A stretch of 62,884 nucleotides of DNA from Candidatus Binatia bacterium (GTDB taxonomy: Bacteria > Desulfobacterota > Binatia > UTPRO1). Under the pieces are notes generated by a model that saw only the letters and a program-made list of their open reading frames with translations, was not told the DNA's origin and ran no database searches. Position 1 is the stretch's first letter; every line of letters begins with the position of its first letter. The DNA lies in assembly GCA_039917665.1 (NCBI GenBank), contig JBDSJB010000104.1:1-62884 (forward strand), in the 5' to 3' direction. This document shows, one piece after another, positions 18,501 through 27,477 of this stretch. Position numbers and translations under genes: made by a program.

Positions 18501-18974
18501 ACGCAGACGCCCACCCCGACGGTTACGTCCACGCCCGCGGGAACCTCGACTGCAGCGGCGACGAAGACTCCGACGCCGACCGCAACTGTTCCCGTCCCGA
18601 CGGCGACCGCGACGCCCTTCTCGGATTCGCAGGAAGGTAACGTCGTCTCCTTCCTGAACGACGGCACGGGTGGCTTCCCGAACATCACCGAGCGCCATAC
18701 CCGCGGCCGGCAAACGCCAATCGCGATGTGTGTCGGTGACTTCAATGGCGACACCGTTCCTGACATCGCCGTCGCGAGCGTGACCAGTAACGACATCATG
18801 GTGCTCCACGGCTCCGGCGACGGGCACTGGAGCCGCGACGAAAGAGATTACCCGGTCGGCAACCCCGTCGGTGGCCTGTCCTGCAACGACGCGGACGGCG
18901 ACGACCGTGCTGACATTGCCTTTGCGCGACGCCGCTCCAACGACGTCGGCGTCATTCTCACGAACTCCAATTAG
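15555..18974 (+). CDS. very large secreted FG-GAP/VCBS-repeat protein with one Cys-rich repeat and a Pro/Thr linker
   Basis: ATG 15555 has GGAGGAG upstream; signal-like FVTSAMAFALSLGLFVTRAPA. There are many DFNGDGxxD(L/I) repeats. One CGNGVLEAGETCDDFNVKKGDGCSVSC unit is present. The PT-rich linker is PVPTKTATPQPTQTPTPTVTSTP..PTATATP. Confidence 0.85.
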   Translation: MFLEPSTPAEPNVRRHDDTPRARWSRGFVTSAMAFALSLGLFVTRAPALTVPFDSYSLPVNDNPQGLSAVDCDGDEILDLISANFDSDTVTIFQNSGPGTLLHDANITTADEPSGATCADFNHDGRVDAAVASWKDKTVTVYLRQEDGTFLPGGVSPVGNLPRSVTAADLNVDGEMDLVVVNVQSSDLTLLFGNGSGGFSAAGNIRIPRLSAPASRPVSAAIADFNGDNLPDIIVAANQADPALHLLLGDGFGFHFATTPLPASDRLLYVAAGDINGDQIPDIATLGVDASIKLFAGVGNGTFVPLSIMLAGPNAKAIALGDFDGDGLTDLAVSNSDSNSVQILRAVSPGNFRTPLNIASASVIAPLATARVRQTATGNNQIVFIDPAGKRLSMLQLLDLTAPTVTPLAGLAGVPDSLVLADMTNDGIPDSVVPALITKNSLGITVLRGNSAGGFELPPTTPINCGNGVLEAGETCDDFNVKKGDGCSVSCQAEVAKTLFSIDAADFNGDGNKDLAVVDSKGELRLYQGNGLGQFGVVRLLTQVKRKTGAALGDFNGDGIPDLAIVPRKKSGGSITLLLNDGLGNFTPLPVLAPANLTGPIIAGDFDRNGFDDLLTIQTSKPKGLMLLMSDGAGPLRVFQTTPAPTGITTLSAADFDENGYLDALAEFKSKKQAPMLLLGALGGRFSVGPALPAAQGVARYAIADVDEDLHQDLISCTAATSPSCRVLYGTGLGNFAAAPLPAAPSIGRDVRGAAADDFDGDGFVDLAGVSRQDSRLVVHFGGPAPSSVALETGQLPEALAITDLNGDDKLDLLAANAGSQDISIFLNQGGRQFITLARTKLPNGTGHVSIAIADIDGDDKKDLAVTQSESNRLTIFHNTGGAGFAVQTNLATPKEPRGVAIGNLNGDGFADIVTANRGNNTVSIFLSDASGAYTRTDMSSQGFSPWDVVLPDLDGNTFDDIVVLNEFDTLPVPTKTATPQPTQTPTPTVTSTPAGTSTAAATKTPTPTATVPVPTATATPFSDSQEGNVVSFLNDGTGGFPNITERHTRGRQTPIAMCVGDFNGDTVPDIAVASVTSNDIMVLHGSGDGHWSRDERDYPVGNPVGGLSCNDADGDDRADIAFARRRSNDVGVILTNSN

Positions 18975-19003
18975 ATAGATCGGTAAAGAAGGGAAGCTCG
19001 GCC

Positions 19004-21322
19004 ATGAAAGAGCAAGCCACGGAGGGTGCACGTATGCGGCGGATGGCCATGGGCCTAATGACGGCCTTGATCACCGCTGGCGTGATCGTCGCCACGAGCA
19101 CGCGAACGGAAGCACTGCACCTCAAGAGTCCTCTCATCACCCAGGTCACCGACAAGCCATCTCAAACGCTCGATGGCGCTCATTTCACGATGGTGTCCAA
19201 CGTGATGATCTTCCACTCTGATGCCGACCTGCTCGGTAACGGCAACACGGTGCCGCAGATCTTCGTCTTCGACACGGCGAAGCGCATCCTCAAACACCAG
19301 CGCGCCTTTTATCAGCTGACGTTCGGCGACCAGGGCAGCTTCAGCCCGAGCGGCTCGCCCCGTGCGTCCACACTGGCCTTCCACTCGGCGGGTGATGTGC
19401 TCGCCAACGGGAGCACCGGCCGGCAGGTCTTCACCGCACGTCAGGTGAAATTCAAGCACCCTGAGAAGACCCAGCTCGTCCAGCTGACCAAGGGCGTTGG
19501 CGAGAGCTACGACGCCAAGCTCAACTTCTCTGGTCGCTACATCGTGTTCACCTCGACCGGCGATCTGGAGAAGAAGAACCTTCCTCCCGGAGAGCACCTC
19601 TATCGCGCGGACCCTCGCAAGCTCCGCAACAGCAAGTGCGGCAGCTACCCGTGTCCCTTTGGCGGTACCAATCCCGGCCTCGAGCTCGTGACGCCCGTGA
19701 CCGCGAGCGATCCGGCCATCAGCTCCAACGGCGACCAGGTCGCTTTCGTGTCGGCTGAGGATGCGGCTGGAAACGGCTGCTTCAACGGCGCCAAGCAAAT
19801 CTTCATCAAGAACTTCAAAGCGAGCACCGTTCAGCAACTGACTTTCGGTGCGGCCGACAGCACGAACCCGACCTACAGCCGCGACAGCCGCTTCATCTTC
19901 TTCGAATCGGCCGCCGATCTTGCTTTGAACGGAAATACCCGCACCCAAATCTTCCAGATCGACCTCACGGCGATTCCGCCGAAGCTCACGCAGCTCACGT
20001 TCGGCACCGATGGCGACAGCACCGATCCCGCCCCAGGGCCTGGTGGCGCCGTGCGCTTGTACTTCACGTCGACGGCCGACCTCTCGGACACTGGCACCGC
20101 AGGCGTGAAGCGTCTCTACGTGATGGAGTTCGTGCGCAATAAGGCGATCTACCGCCTCTCGGACAATCAGCAGATCGATACCGGCATCGACGGGAACTTT
20201 AGCTTCGTGATCTTCGTCAGCGACTCCGATTGGCTCGGGAACGGCAACAATCAGAAGCAGCTGTTCTTCTTGAACTCGTTCCGTATCGTCGGTGACCCTC
20301 CTGTCAAGCCGCCGAAGCCGACGCCTACGGCGACGCCGCGGGTCGGTGATCCGGCCACGCTCGGGCTCGCGCTCGAGACCAACCTTTCAGAGGACAACGG
20401 CGACGGTACGCTCACGACGGTCGTGGCCGGAACGGTTGCCGACTTCCAGGCAGCACCTGTGGCCGACGGCGTCCGTATCGACTTCTCGGTCCTCGCCCCG
20501 ACCAACGGTGCGGTGATCAGTGACGCCGACACCAACGGTGGGCCGAGTCCCGAGTGCAACCTGGTCGAATTCCAGGCTCGAACGGGTATCCCGATCATCA
20601 GTCAGCCCGGGAAGGCGTACGCGTGCCTGACGTACCCGCGCGAGCAGGTGAATACGATCCGTCAAATCCAAGGCACCGTCAGCTCGCAGTGCGTCGGCGG
20701 CAGCAACGATGCGCAGACGTGCTCGGTCGACTCGCAATGCCCGGGTGGCGCGTGCCTGAAGGGCTCGGCCACGGCAACGCAGTTCTTCACGCTGCCGGCG
20801 CCGGTTCGCGATTGCACCACGAACGGGACGCCCTGCAACGACTTCAATCCATGCACGCTGAACGACACCTGCGGCGGGGGCACCAGCACTTGTGTCGGCG
20901 GCACGAATACGGGTCTGGCCTGCACGACCAACTCACAGTGCGTGACAGCGACCGGTGGCTACTGTCAGCTGCCGACGTGTCAGCCGGGGACGCCGAAGAC
21001 ATGTGCAGACGACAGCAACCTCTGCACGGCTGACACCTGCGACTACTTTACGGGTCAGTGCTACACGCCGAAGCAATGCTTCGATGACGGCAACGTTTGC
21101 ACGGACGACGTGTGCGAGCCGACAACAGGCGTGTGTGGAGTTCCAAACACGGCACCCTGCACCGATGAGAATCCCTGCACCTTGACCGACGCCTGTGCGG
21201 CCGGCTCCTGCATCCCGGGCCCGCTCATGAGCTGCCTCAACGACGGCAATCCGTGCACGGAGGACATCTGCAACGTGGACACGGGCGAGTGCGGCGTACC
21301 GGGAGTGTGCGCCTGCCCGTAA
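19004..21322 (+). CDS. secreted TolB-like 7-bladed propeller protein with C-terminal slime-mold-type Cys-rich (CxDxNxCTxDxC) repeats
   Basis: Starts 29 nt after the previous gene. Seven repeats of the type (I/V)xFxSxxDLxGNGNxxxQIFxxD. The C-terminus has CNDFNPCTLNDTC, CADDSNLCTADTCD, CFDDGNVCTDDVCE, CTDENPCTLTDAC and CLNDGNPCTEDICN. The start could also be ATG 19034. Confidence 0.8.
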   Translation: MKEQATEGARMRRMAMGLMTALITAGVIVATSTRTEALHLKSPLITQVTDKPSQTLDGAHFTMVSNVMIFHSDADLLGNGNTVPQIFVFDTAKRILKHQRAFYQLTFGDQGSFSPSGSPRASTLAFHSAGDVLANGSTGRQVFTARQVKFKHPEKTQLVQLTKGVGESYDAKLNFSGRYIVFTSTGDLEKKNLPPGEHLYRADPRKLRNSKCGSYPCPFGGTNPGLELVTPVTASDPAISSNGDQVAFVSAEDAAGNGCFNGAKQIFIKNFKASTVQQLTFGAADSTNPTYSRDSRFIFFESAADLALNGNTRTQIFQIDLTAIPPKLTQLTFGTDGDSTDPAPGPGGAVRLYFTSTADLSDTGTAGVKRLYVMEFVRNKAIYRLSDNQQIDTGIDGNFSFVIFVSDSDWLGNGNNQKQLFFLNSFRIVGDPPVKPPKPTPTATPRVGDPATLGLALETNLSEDNGDGTLTTVVAGTVADFQAAPVADGVRIDFSVLAPTNGAVISDADTNGGPSPECNLVEFQARTGIPIISQPGKAYACLTYPREQVNTIRQIQGTVSSQCVGGSNDAQTCSVDSQCPGGACLKGSATATQFFTLPAPVRDCTTNGTPCNDFNPCTLNDTCGGGTSTCVGGTNTGLACTTNSQCVTATGGYCQLPTCQPGTPKTCADDSNLCTADTCDYFTGQCYTPKQCFDDGNVCTDDVCEPTTGVCGVPNTAPCTDENPCTLTDACAAGSCIPGPLMSCLNDGNPCTEDICNVDTGECGVPGVCACP

Positions 21323-21377
21323 ACCACTAGACCCCTCTGCCTCCCCGCGCCAAGCTATTCTCGCTTGGCAGGTTGTA

Positions 21378-21432
21378 CGGCCGCCCCTCTCGCCGAACCT
21401 CCCCACGGCGAGGGGGGCGGCCGATTTCTTTT
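21378..21432 (+). terminator. rho-independent terminator
   Basis: An 18-bp stem CGGCCGCCCCTCTCGCCG / CGGCGAGGGGGGCGGCCG (one G-U pair), a 10-nt loop, then ATTTCTTTT. Confidence 0.7.
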
Positions 21433-21449
21433 GGGACGTCTAGACGCGG

Positions 21450-22619
21450 TCAGGCGGGGCGAACGCGCGAAGCGTCCTGCCCAGGGGCCACCGGCACTCG
21501 ACCGCGCTGGCGATTGGTGAGCCGTAGGAGCACCTTCATGGAGTTCTCGAACTCCTCCATGGGTCGCACCTCGAAGAGCCCCTCCGCGACCATGCGGTTG
21601 AAGAGCTCTTCACCGCGCTCGGTGCGGAGGATCGTGATGGTCCAATCCATCGCGCCGACGCCGCCACACGAGATGTCGGCGAGCTCAGCCGAAAAGTCGC
21701 CGCAGTGGTGACACTCGGGTCGGGCGTACTCCTGAGCCTTCTTGAGCGGCATCTCCACCAGGGTGCCGTCCTTCTTGTAGATGAGGACTTTGCCCTTCAC
21801 GTTGAACTTCTTGATGTCGCCGAGCGGAATGCCCATCTCGTTCTGGATCTTGTCGACCATCAGACCGTCGTACGTGAAGACCTCGGTGCAGAGGAGGCCG
21901 ATGTTCAGGGCGACGCGGGCACCGTATCCCTTGAGGAACTTGCTCTGCCGCTCGATGTGCTTGTCCTTCTTGCGACCGTTCTCGAGGTAGCCGGCGTCGA
22001 CCAGCTGCATCTTGCGCACGGGCGTGACCTGGCAGGGAACACCGACGAACGCGACCTTCTCGAGGCCGAGTTTCTCGGCGTCCGCCAACGCGAGATTGTT
22101 CGGGCAGTACGTGTACCAAGAGCTCGCGCTGGCGAGAATCTCGTCGACACTGGTCACGAGCTTCGGCATCGGTTGTGCCGGGCGTTCGGGATCGGCAACC
22201 GAGACCGCAGCGCCGTCGATGATGCCGCGCTCGAAGGCCCACCGCAGCATCGCGGTCACGACGCCACCATCCTGAGCGCGTTCCATGATCTCTGGAGCCA
22301 CACACCGGGCGGCGACGATCCGACGATACACTCCGAAGGCGCCCTCGTAGGGGCGATCCGGGCCATAGAGCAGATCCGCGAGCTCGAACTCCCGAGGATT
22401 CAGGCGCGGACAGACCTGCGCACAGACGTCGCAGCCGATCCCTTCGCTGATGCCACAGAGATCGAAAGGTGCGGTCGCCTTCGCCACCTGCTTCGGCTTG
22501 CCGTCGACGTAGTCGATGACGTTATGAGGGCAGACCAGGACGCACGAACCGCATTCACAGCAGCTTCCGAAGGCGACGACCTCGTTCATCATCGTCTTGA
22601 AGCTCGGATTGGCAGGCAT
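21450..22619 (-). CDS. FrhB/FdhB-family (coenzyme F420 hydrogenase/dehydrogenase beta subunit-like) iron-sulfur flavoprotein
   Basis: ATG 22619. Two Cys clusters, CCECGSCVLVCP and CDVCAQVCP. Then QDGGVVTA, VGVPCQV and CHHCGDFSAELADISCGG. Confidence 0.7.
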   Translation of the reverse strand: MPANPSFKTMMNEVVAFGSCCECGSCVLVCPHNVIDYVDGKPKQVAKATAPFDLCGISEGIGCDVCAQVCPRLNPREFELADLLYGPDRPYEGAFGVYRRIVAARCVAPEIMERAQDGGVVTAMLRWAFERGIIDGAAVSVADPERPAQPMPKLVTSVDEILASASSWYTYCPNNLALADAEKLGLEKVAFVGVPCQVTPVRKMQLVDAGYLENGRKKDKHIERQSKFLKGYGARVALNIGLLCTEVFTYDGLMVDKIQNEMGIPLGDIKKFNVKGKVLIYKKDGTLVEMPLKKAQEYARPECHHCGDFSAELADISCGGVGAMDWTITILRTERGEELFNRMVAEGLFEVRPMEEFENSMKVLLRLTNRQRGRVPVAPGQDASRVRPA

Positions 22620-22678
22620 CGCGGGACAATAGGAGGCGACGGTACGAGGTGTCAATTTCGCACCCGCCAGCCGTAGCG

Positions 22679-23302
22679 TCAGGCTCGGCGGAGCATTCGT
22701 TCGATCATTCCGACGGTAGTCCCGTCGACGCCGCGGCGCTTCCAATCGGCGACGATGAGCTGTGCGGCTCGTTCGTCAGCGGTGCCGGCCGCATCCAGCG
22801 CCACATGGACGCGAATGCGGCGACGGAGCAGCGCTCGGACCGCCTGATCGAGACCGCCTTCGATCCCGGCACCGAACACGACGGCATCGCGTACACCCGC
22901 CGTGAGGTGATTGAACGCTCGAGCGTGTCCGACGTCACCGTCGGGAGCGAGCCCACAGCCACTGTCGAGATAGAGGGCATGTTCGCGGTCGAGCGGAGGC
23001 CCCTCGTCGGTGAGCTCGACACCCTTCCACACCTGTATGGGCAAGCGGGGAACGCATGCGGGGGGTCGCTCGTGGCCCGCGCCCGGTTGCAAACAATGCA
23101 GGGACGATCCTTGCATCGAGAATTCGGATTCAGGCGCATGACGACAGACGATCCCACCCTGTCGGAGGTCGAGGTCGCCGGCCAACACGAACAAATCTGC
23201 GACGCCACGAGCCTGCGCCGAGGTCACGAGCGGCCACGTCCCGCCGCACCACAGATCAGGCTGTACGCACACGTCCACGAAGAGCGTGGCCGCGGGATGC
23301 AT
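22679..23302 (-). CDS. divergent isochorismatase/nicotinamidase-like fold protein (tentative)
   Basis: LFVDVCVQPDLWCGG resembles the (L)LVD(L)QNDFCxGG N-terminus of the family. AVVFGAGIEGGLDQAVRALLRRRIRVHVALDAAG resembles the core strand-helix, but has Gly where the nucleophilic Cys is expected. The ATG overlaps the stop of the CDF gene (TGATG). Confidence 0.35.
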   Translation of the reverse strand: MHPAATLFVDVCVQPDLWCGGTWPLVTSAQARGVADLFVLAGDLDLRQGGIVCRHAPESEFSMQGSSLHCLQPGAGHERPPACVPRLPIQVWKGVELTDEGPPLDREHALYLDSGCGLAPDGDVGHARAFNHLTAGVRDAVVFGAGIEGGLDQAVRALLRRRIRVHVALDAAGTADERAAQLIVADWKRRGVDGTTVGMIERMLRRA

Positions 23303-24222
23303 CAGTGCGTCGGCTCGGTGTGGCGCCGACTGCTCATCTCGAGCTGGATCGTCACATGATGAATGTCGAAGCGCTCCGCGAGCCGCTCGGTCATGGCTTC
23401 CAGGACCGCGTCACTCACAACGCCCTCTTGGACGACGGCGTGAGCCGACAGTGCACAATGCCCCGTCGTCAGGCTCCAGACGTGCAGATCGTGAACCTCG
23501 CTCGCACCAGGGACTGCCTCCAACGTTCGGCGCAAATCGTCGAGATCGATGTGCCGGGGCACCGCCTCCATGAGCACATCGACCGCCTCCCGGACGAGCC
23601 CGAACGAGCTCACGAGAATCAACATTGCGATGATGACGCTCGCGACGGCGTCGGCCGCATTCCATCCCGTAACGAGGATCATCAGGCTCGACGCGATGAC
23701 GCCAATCGAGCCGATCAAATCCGAGAGCACATGGAGCAGCGCTCCACGGACGCTGAGGTTGTGGCTGGCCGCACCCGAGAGCAACCACGCAGCAACCAAG
23801 TTCACGGCCAATCCCACGGTCGCGACACCGAGAACGCCGGTCCCGTAGACCGCGGGTGGTTCCGCCATGCGCTGCCACGCTTCCCAGAACACCCACAGCA
23901 CGACGAGCCACAGGATGAGGCCATTGACCAAGGCCACGATGATCTCGGCGCGATGGTAGCCGTACGTCTTGTGCTCGGTTGCCGGCTGATCTGCGATCCA
24001 GACACCGAAGAGGCCGAGCGCCAGCGCGATCGCGTCGGTGAACATATGGGCCGCGTCGCTCAGGAGCGCGAGGCTGTTGGTCGCAAATCCTCCCGCGATC
24101 TCCACGCCCATGTAGCCGAGCGTCAGGAAGAGCGCGCTCGTAAGGGCCTTGCGGCCGGCCTGGCGCGCCGGGGCGGAACGCGAGCTCCCGGCCGGGGCAT
24201 CGTGCGCGTGCGCGTGCGACAT
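23302..24222 (-). CDS. cation diffusion facilitator (CzcD/ZitB-like) metal efflux transporter
   Basis: His-rich N-terminus MSHAHAHD; six TM segments; SDAAHMFTD and HVLSDLIGS metal-site motifs; C-terminal domain with HDLHVWSL. Confidence 0.9.
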   Translation of the reverse strand: MSHAHAHDAPAGSSRSAPARQAGRKALTSALFLTLGYMGVEIAGGFATNSLALLSDAAHMFTDAIALALGLFGVWIADQPATEHKTYGYHRAEIIVALVNGLILWLVVLWVFWEAWQRMAEPPAVYGTGVLGVATVGLAVNLVAAWLLSGAASHNLSVRGALLHVLSDLIGSIGVIASSLMILVTGWNAADAVASVIIAMLILVSSFGLVREAVDVLMEAVPRHIDLDDLRRTLEAVPGASEVHDLHVWSLTTGHCALSAHAVVQEGVVSDAVLEAMTERLAERFDIHHVTIQLEMSSRRHTEPTH

Positions 24223-24285
24223 CAGCCCTCAGCCTAGCGGACGGCGATGGTTCGCCTCAATGCGGAAGCGTCCGCGACGAGAAGA

Positions 24286-24813
24286 TCATTCGCCGTCGTA
24301 GCGGATCAGCGAAAAAACTTCCGGGACGTCCAACCGCTTGCGGCCGTCCAAGAATGCGAGCTCGACGACGAAAGCGCAGGCTTTCACCTCGCCGTCGAGT
24401 CGTCGCACGAGCTCGATCGCCGCCGAGGCCGTGCCGCCGGTGGCGAGCAAATCGTCGACGATCAGCACGCGACTATTGCTGCCGACCGCATCGCGATGAA
24501 TCTCGAGCGTATCGGTGCCGTACTCGAGCTCGTACTTCGCCGCGTAGGTTTTGTGCGGCAACTTGCCGGGCTTGCGTACCAGCGCGAGGCCGATCCCGAG
24601 CCGATAGGCGACGGCCGCACCGATGATGAACCCCCGTGACTCGATACCGAGCACGGTGTCGACGGTCCCCTGATACCGATCGGCGATATGGTCGACCACC
24701 GCCTGCAGAGCTTTTCCCGCCGCCAGCAGCGGCGTGATGTCTTTGAAGACGATGCCGGGCTTCGGGAAATCGGGAATGTCGCGGATGTAGGTACGGAGCT
24801 CTGCCTCGGTCAT
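24286..24813 (-). CDS. apt: adenine phosphoribosyltransferase
   Basis: IRDIPDFPKPGIVFKDITPLL, GIESRGFI, and PRPP loop VLIVDDLLATGGTA. Confidence 0.95.
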   Translation of the reverse strand: MTEAELRTYIRDIPDFPKPGIVFKDITPLLAAGKALQAVVDHIADRYQGTVDTVLGIESRGFIIGAAVAYRLGIGLALVRKPGKLPHKTYAAKYELEYGTDTLEIHRDAVGSNSRVLIVDDLLATGGTASAAIELVRRLDGEVKACAFVVELAFLDGRKRLDVPEVFSLIRYDGE

Positions 24814-25550
24814 GTCGGACTGTCCTTTGCGCGCTGAACGGTTTGGCTGGGGAGAAAATAGATCGGGTTCCGGGCGACGTTGTCCTTGCGGATCTCGAAA
24901 TGGAGATTCGGGCCCGAGGTGCGGCCGCTCCGTCCGACCTTACCAACCGGCTGACCTTGGCGGACTTTCGACCCGGCGTCTACGAGGTTTTCCTCGTTGT
25001 GCGCATAGACCGTCGCGTACCCACCCGCGTGCTGCACGATGACGACGTTCCCGTATCCGCGGAGCGTGTCGCTGTAGATGACGTCGCCGTCACGGGCCGC
25101 GCGAACCGCCGTTCCAGGCGCTGCGCCGATATCGATCCCGTCGTGAAAGCTGCGGCCCCGAGGACCAAATGACGACGTCAGCGTCCCACTCGTGAGCGGC
25201 CAAATGAACACGCTGTCACCCTGCGGTAGCTCGTTGCCCGCCGGCGCCTCGGTCACGGCGTGCTCGGGTGTGATCACATTGACCGGCAACTGGCGCTTTC
25301 CGCCTGGGACGAAAATACGCTGACCGACCTCGAGACGAGCCGCATCGGCAATGCCGTTGGCACGCGCCAAGTCGGTATGAGCCACGCCGTAGGCCTTCCC
25401 AATCCGGTAGAGGTTTTCACCCCGCCGCACTTGGTGGTAGACGCCGTCGCCTCTCGGCGCGACTTTCGGACCACCGTGGCCGAGACCGCAGCCCGCTAAC
25501 GCCAGAACCACGAAGGCGACGAGCGCCCCCCGCTTCCCCCACACCCCCAC
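24810..25550 (-). CDS. nlpD: LysM + M23 peptidase lipoprotein (NlpD-like)
   Basis: Start placed at GTG 25550, giving VGVWGKRGALVAFVVLALAGC (lipobox). LysM: YHQVRRGENLYRIGKAYGV. M23: HDGIDIG, GYGNVVIVQH, LHFEIR. The track start TTG 25631 would overlap pcm by 46 nt. Confidence 0.85.
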   Translation of the reverse strand: MGVWGKRGALVAFVVLALAGCGLGHGGPKVAPRGDGVYHQVRRGENLYRIGKAYGVAHTDLARANGIADAARLEVGQRIFVPGGKRQLPVNVITPEHAVTEAPAGNELPQGDSVFIWPLTSGTLTSSFGPRGRSFHDGIDIGAAPGTAVRAARDGDVIYSDTLRGYGNVVIVQHAGGYATVYAHNEENLVDAGSKVRQGQPVGKVGRSGRTSGPNLHFEIRKDNVARNPIYFLPSQTVQRAKDSPT

Positions 25551-25585
25551 ACGAGCCTCCCGGACTATCCAAGCCCTCGCAGCTC

Positions 25586-26227
25586 CTACCGCCGCCACCC
25601 ATAGCGTCCAACCAGCTTCACGAAGCGGCAATCGCCGAAGTACTCCTCGTGTAAGCCCCCCTCCTCCTTACGAATTCGGACGAGAGTTTGCAATTCTTCT
25701 TCACCCACCGGGAAGACCAGACGTCCCTCCATTCCGAGCTGTACAACGAGAGGTTGGGGGACCTGCGGGGTCCCTGCGGTGACAATGATCGCGTCGAACG
25801 GCGCCTCCTCGGCCCAGCCGAGGCTACCGTCTCCGACACGAGCGACCACGTTCGAGTACCCGAGACCGTCGAGCGTCGCCCTGGCCGCCGAAGCGAGCAC
25901 GGCGAGGCGCTCCACCGTGTAGACCGTCGCCGCGAGCTTCCCCAAGACCGCCGTCTGGTACCCGCACCCGGTGCCGATCTCGAGGACCCGCTCGTGGCCT
26001 TTGAGCTCGAGGGCTTGGGTCATCAAACCCACCATGTACGGTTGTGAGATCGTCTGACGCTCACCGATCGGCAGCGGCTTGTCATCGTACGCGCGAACCT
26101 GCAACGCCTCGGCCACGAAGTGATGCCGCTCGATCATCGAGATCGCCGCGAGCACCCTGAAGTCCGTAATGCCGCGATTGACGAGTTGTTCGTCGACCAT
26201 GCGCTCGCGCGCTCGGACGAAGTTCAT
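25586..26227 (-). CDS. pcm: protein-L-isoaspartate O-methyltransferase
   Basis: QTISQPYMV and the SAM motif VLEIGTGCGYQTAVL. ATG 26227 forms an ATGA overlap with the surE stop (track start GTG 26233). Confidence 0.93.
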   Translation of the reverse strand: MNFVRARERMVDEQLVNRGITDFRVLAAISMIERHHFVAEALQVRAYDDKPLPIGERQTISQPYMVGLMTQALELKGHERVLEIGTGCGYQTAVLGKLAATVYTVERLAVLASAARATLDGLGYSNVVARVGDGSLGWAEEAPFDAIIVTAGTPQVPQPLVVQLGMEGRLVFPVGEEELQTLVRIRKEEGGLHEEYFGDCRFVKLVGRYGWRR

Positions 26228-26973
26228 GGCCACTCCAACGGCAACGTTTCGAGCGCTGCGAAGGACGGGTAGTGCGTGAGATCGAGATGCACGGGCGTGA
26301 TCGACACCGCGCCTTCGAGAATCGCGGCGTAGTCCGTGCCCGGGGCTTGGATGAACCCGAGCTCGTCGCCGCCGATCCAGTAGTATTTCTTACCACGAGG
26401 GTCGACTTTCTCGATCAACGCTTCACCGAAGCGACGCTTGCCCTGCTTCGTGATGCGAAAGCCCGTCATGGCTTCTCGAGGAAGATCGGGGACGTTCACG
26501 TTGAGCAACGTGTCCGGTGGCAGTCCGCGCTCGATCACGCGCGCCACGAGGCGCGCGGCGAACTCGGCGGCGGGTCCGAAATCGAACTGCGTACGACCGG
26601 CAAGTGACATGGCGATCGAGGGAATGCCCAGCAACGTGCCTTCCATCGCCGCCGAGACCGTTCCCGAGTAAGTGATGTCGTCGCCGAGATTGGCGCCCTT
26701 GTTGATGCCGGATACCACCAGACCCGGGCGTCCGGGCAAGATCCCCGACACGGCCAGATTCACGCAGTCGGTCGGCGTCCCATCGATTGCGAACTGCCTG
26801 GGTCCGATCTCCTCGACCCGTAGTGGGCGATGCAGGGTCAACGAGTGCCCCGCCGCACTCTGCTCGCGGTCGGGGGCCACGACGAACACCTCGCCGTGCG
26901 GCTCCAGTGCACGCGCGAGGGCTTGGATCCCCTCAGAACGCACACCATCGTCATTGCAGACCAGAATGATCAT
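26224..26973 (-). CDS. surE: 5'/3'-nucleotidase SurE
   Basis: MIILVCNDDGVRSEGI.., GTPTDCV, SGINKGANLGDDITYSGTVSAAMEG. Start at ATG 26973 within track ORF 26224..27018. Confidence 0.93.
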   Translation of the reverse strand: MIILVCNDDGVRSEGIQALARALEPHGEVFVVAPDREQSAAGHSLTLHRPLRVEEIGPRQFAIDGTPTDCVNLAVSGILPGRPGLVVSGINKGANLGDDITYSGTVSAAMEGTLLGIPSIAMSLAGRTQFDFGPAAEFAARLVARVIERGLPPDTLLNVNVPDLPREAMTGFRITKQGKRRFGEALIEKVDPRGKKYYWIGGDELGFIQAPGTDYAAILEGAVSITPVHLDLTHYPSFAALETLPLEWP

Positions 26974-27152
26974 CCTACCGCCCCTGCACCCCTGCCCCCA
27001 CGTCAACGACCCGCGCACGGTATGTCATCCTAAACGTCGTTGACAACGCTTTTCTCGCGGTGAGCACGCTGCCCGGCCGCCGAACGGGCGGCACGGGCGT
27101 CGTGGAAGTCGGGACCACGTCGTCGTACCGAGCGCCGTGGAGCGACAGGTAG

Positions 27153-27226
27153 TCGGGGCGGCCGGATTTGAACCGGCGACCACACGCACCCCAAGCGTGT
27201 GCGCTACCAGGCTGCGCCACGCCCCG
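27153..27226 (-). tRNA. tRNA-Pro (anticodon GGG), CCA not encoded
   Basis: The minus strand folds by hand as CGGGGCG-TG-GCGC-AGCCTGGTA-GCGC-A-CACGC-TTGGGGT-GCGTG-TGGTC-GCCGG-TTCAAAT-CCGGC-CGCCCCG-A. This is a full cloverleaf with a GGG anticodon. Confidence 0.9.
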
Positions 27227-27461
27227 AGTGTTCGCAGCTTGCGAACGGAGGACGCGTACCATGGGCCATCTCGACGCGCAAGAAACACAGGATTAGTCAG
27301 GATTCTGACCCCAGCGCGAAGCATGGTGGCGAAGGACGGGCAAGTGCCAGAACGCGCGCGCGCGTCAAAATTGCCCGCACCCGAACGGCGTCAAGTGTCA
27401 ACTTTGTATCGTTGCAGGATGCTGTGTGATGCGAACGGTCGCGTGAACCCTCGCATCTGCG

Positions 27462-27477
27462 TGGCTTGCATCTTTCG
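27462..27477 (+). promoter_or_regulatory. weak sigma54-like element upstream of 27557..28030
   Basis: TGGCTT-GCATC-TTTCG: the GG and the spacing are correct, but the -12 GC is TC. It lies about 80 nt upstream of ATG 27557. Confidence 0.25.
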
